This document shows positions 63,986 through 64,000 of a stretch of 64,000 nucleotides of DNA, one piece after another. Both the position numbers and the translations under genes were made by a program. Numbering within the stretch: the first letter of the stretch is position 1; each line of letters opens with the position of its first letter. Location of the stretch: NCBI GenBank assembly GCA_965222225.1, contig CBDCTK010000002.1:1952001-2016000 (forward strand), written 5' to 3'. The DNA comes from Candidatus Poribacteria bacterium. Its GTDB lineage: Bacteria; Poribacteria; WGA-4E; JAJDTR01. The notes under the pieces were generated by a model. That model saw nothing but the letters and a program-made list of their open reading frames with translations, was not told the origin of the DNA and searched no databases.

Positions 63986-64000
63986 ATCTTGGACATTTTT

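Noticed and set aside
1-64000. tRNA, rRNA, RAYT, reverse transcriptase or integrase genes
   Set aside because: None were recognised. The enzyme for the hairpin element, if any, must be elsewhere or among the unassigned ORFs

Overview
This 64-kb window is an accessory-rich bacterial region, most likely from Candidatus Poribacteria. That assignment is an inference from its WD40 proteins with the GLPEGAKARLGKG N-motif, TolB/PD40 paralogues, a dockerin plus FlgD-Ig C-terminus and PhyH. The window holds tandem WD40 and TolB-like secreted-protein families, two apparently identical IS701-like elements, an IS982-like element and MITEs. It also has acs, sugar and branched-chain ABC components, a defence-like island (Apea/HEPN, PARIS-like ATPase+DUF4435, ImmA/IrrE+PIN) and many pseudogenes. 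The most striking signal is non-coding: about 42 full copies, plus many partial ones, of a 30-nt element, 5'-GATCAA NN GA NN GNNTA NN GA NN GCGATAG-3'. Its variable dinucleotides co-vary as base pairs around tandem G-A mismatches. Copies interrupt several unrelated GTAG-type REP hairpins with a preferred polarity, form patchworks of reiterated fragments, mark gene-truncation junctions and supply stop or start codons to genes. This resembles an undescribed insertion or break-healing system whose enzyme is not recognisable in this window. All counts and alignments were done by eye, and family names come from motif recognition, not database searches.
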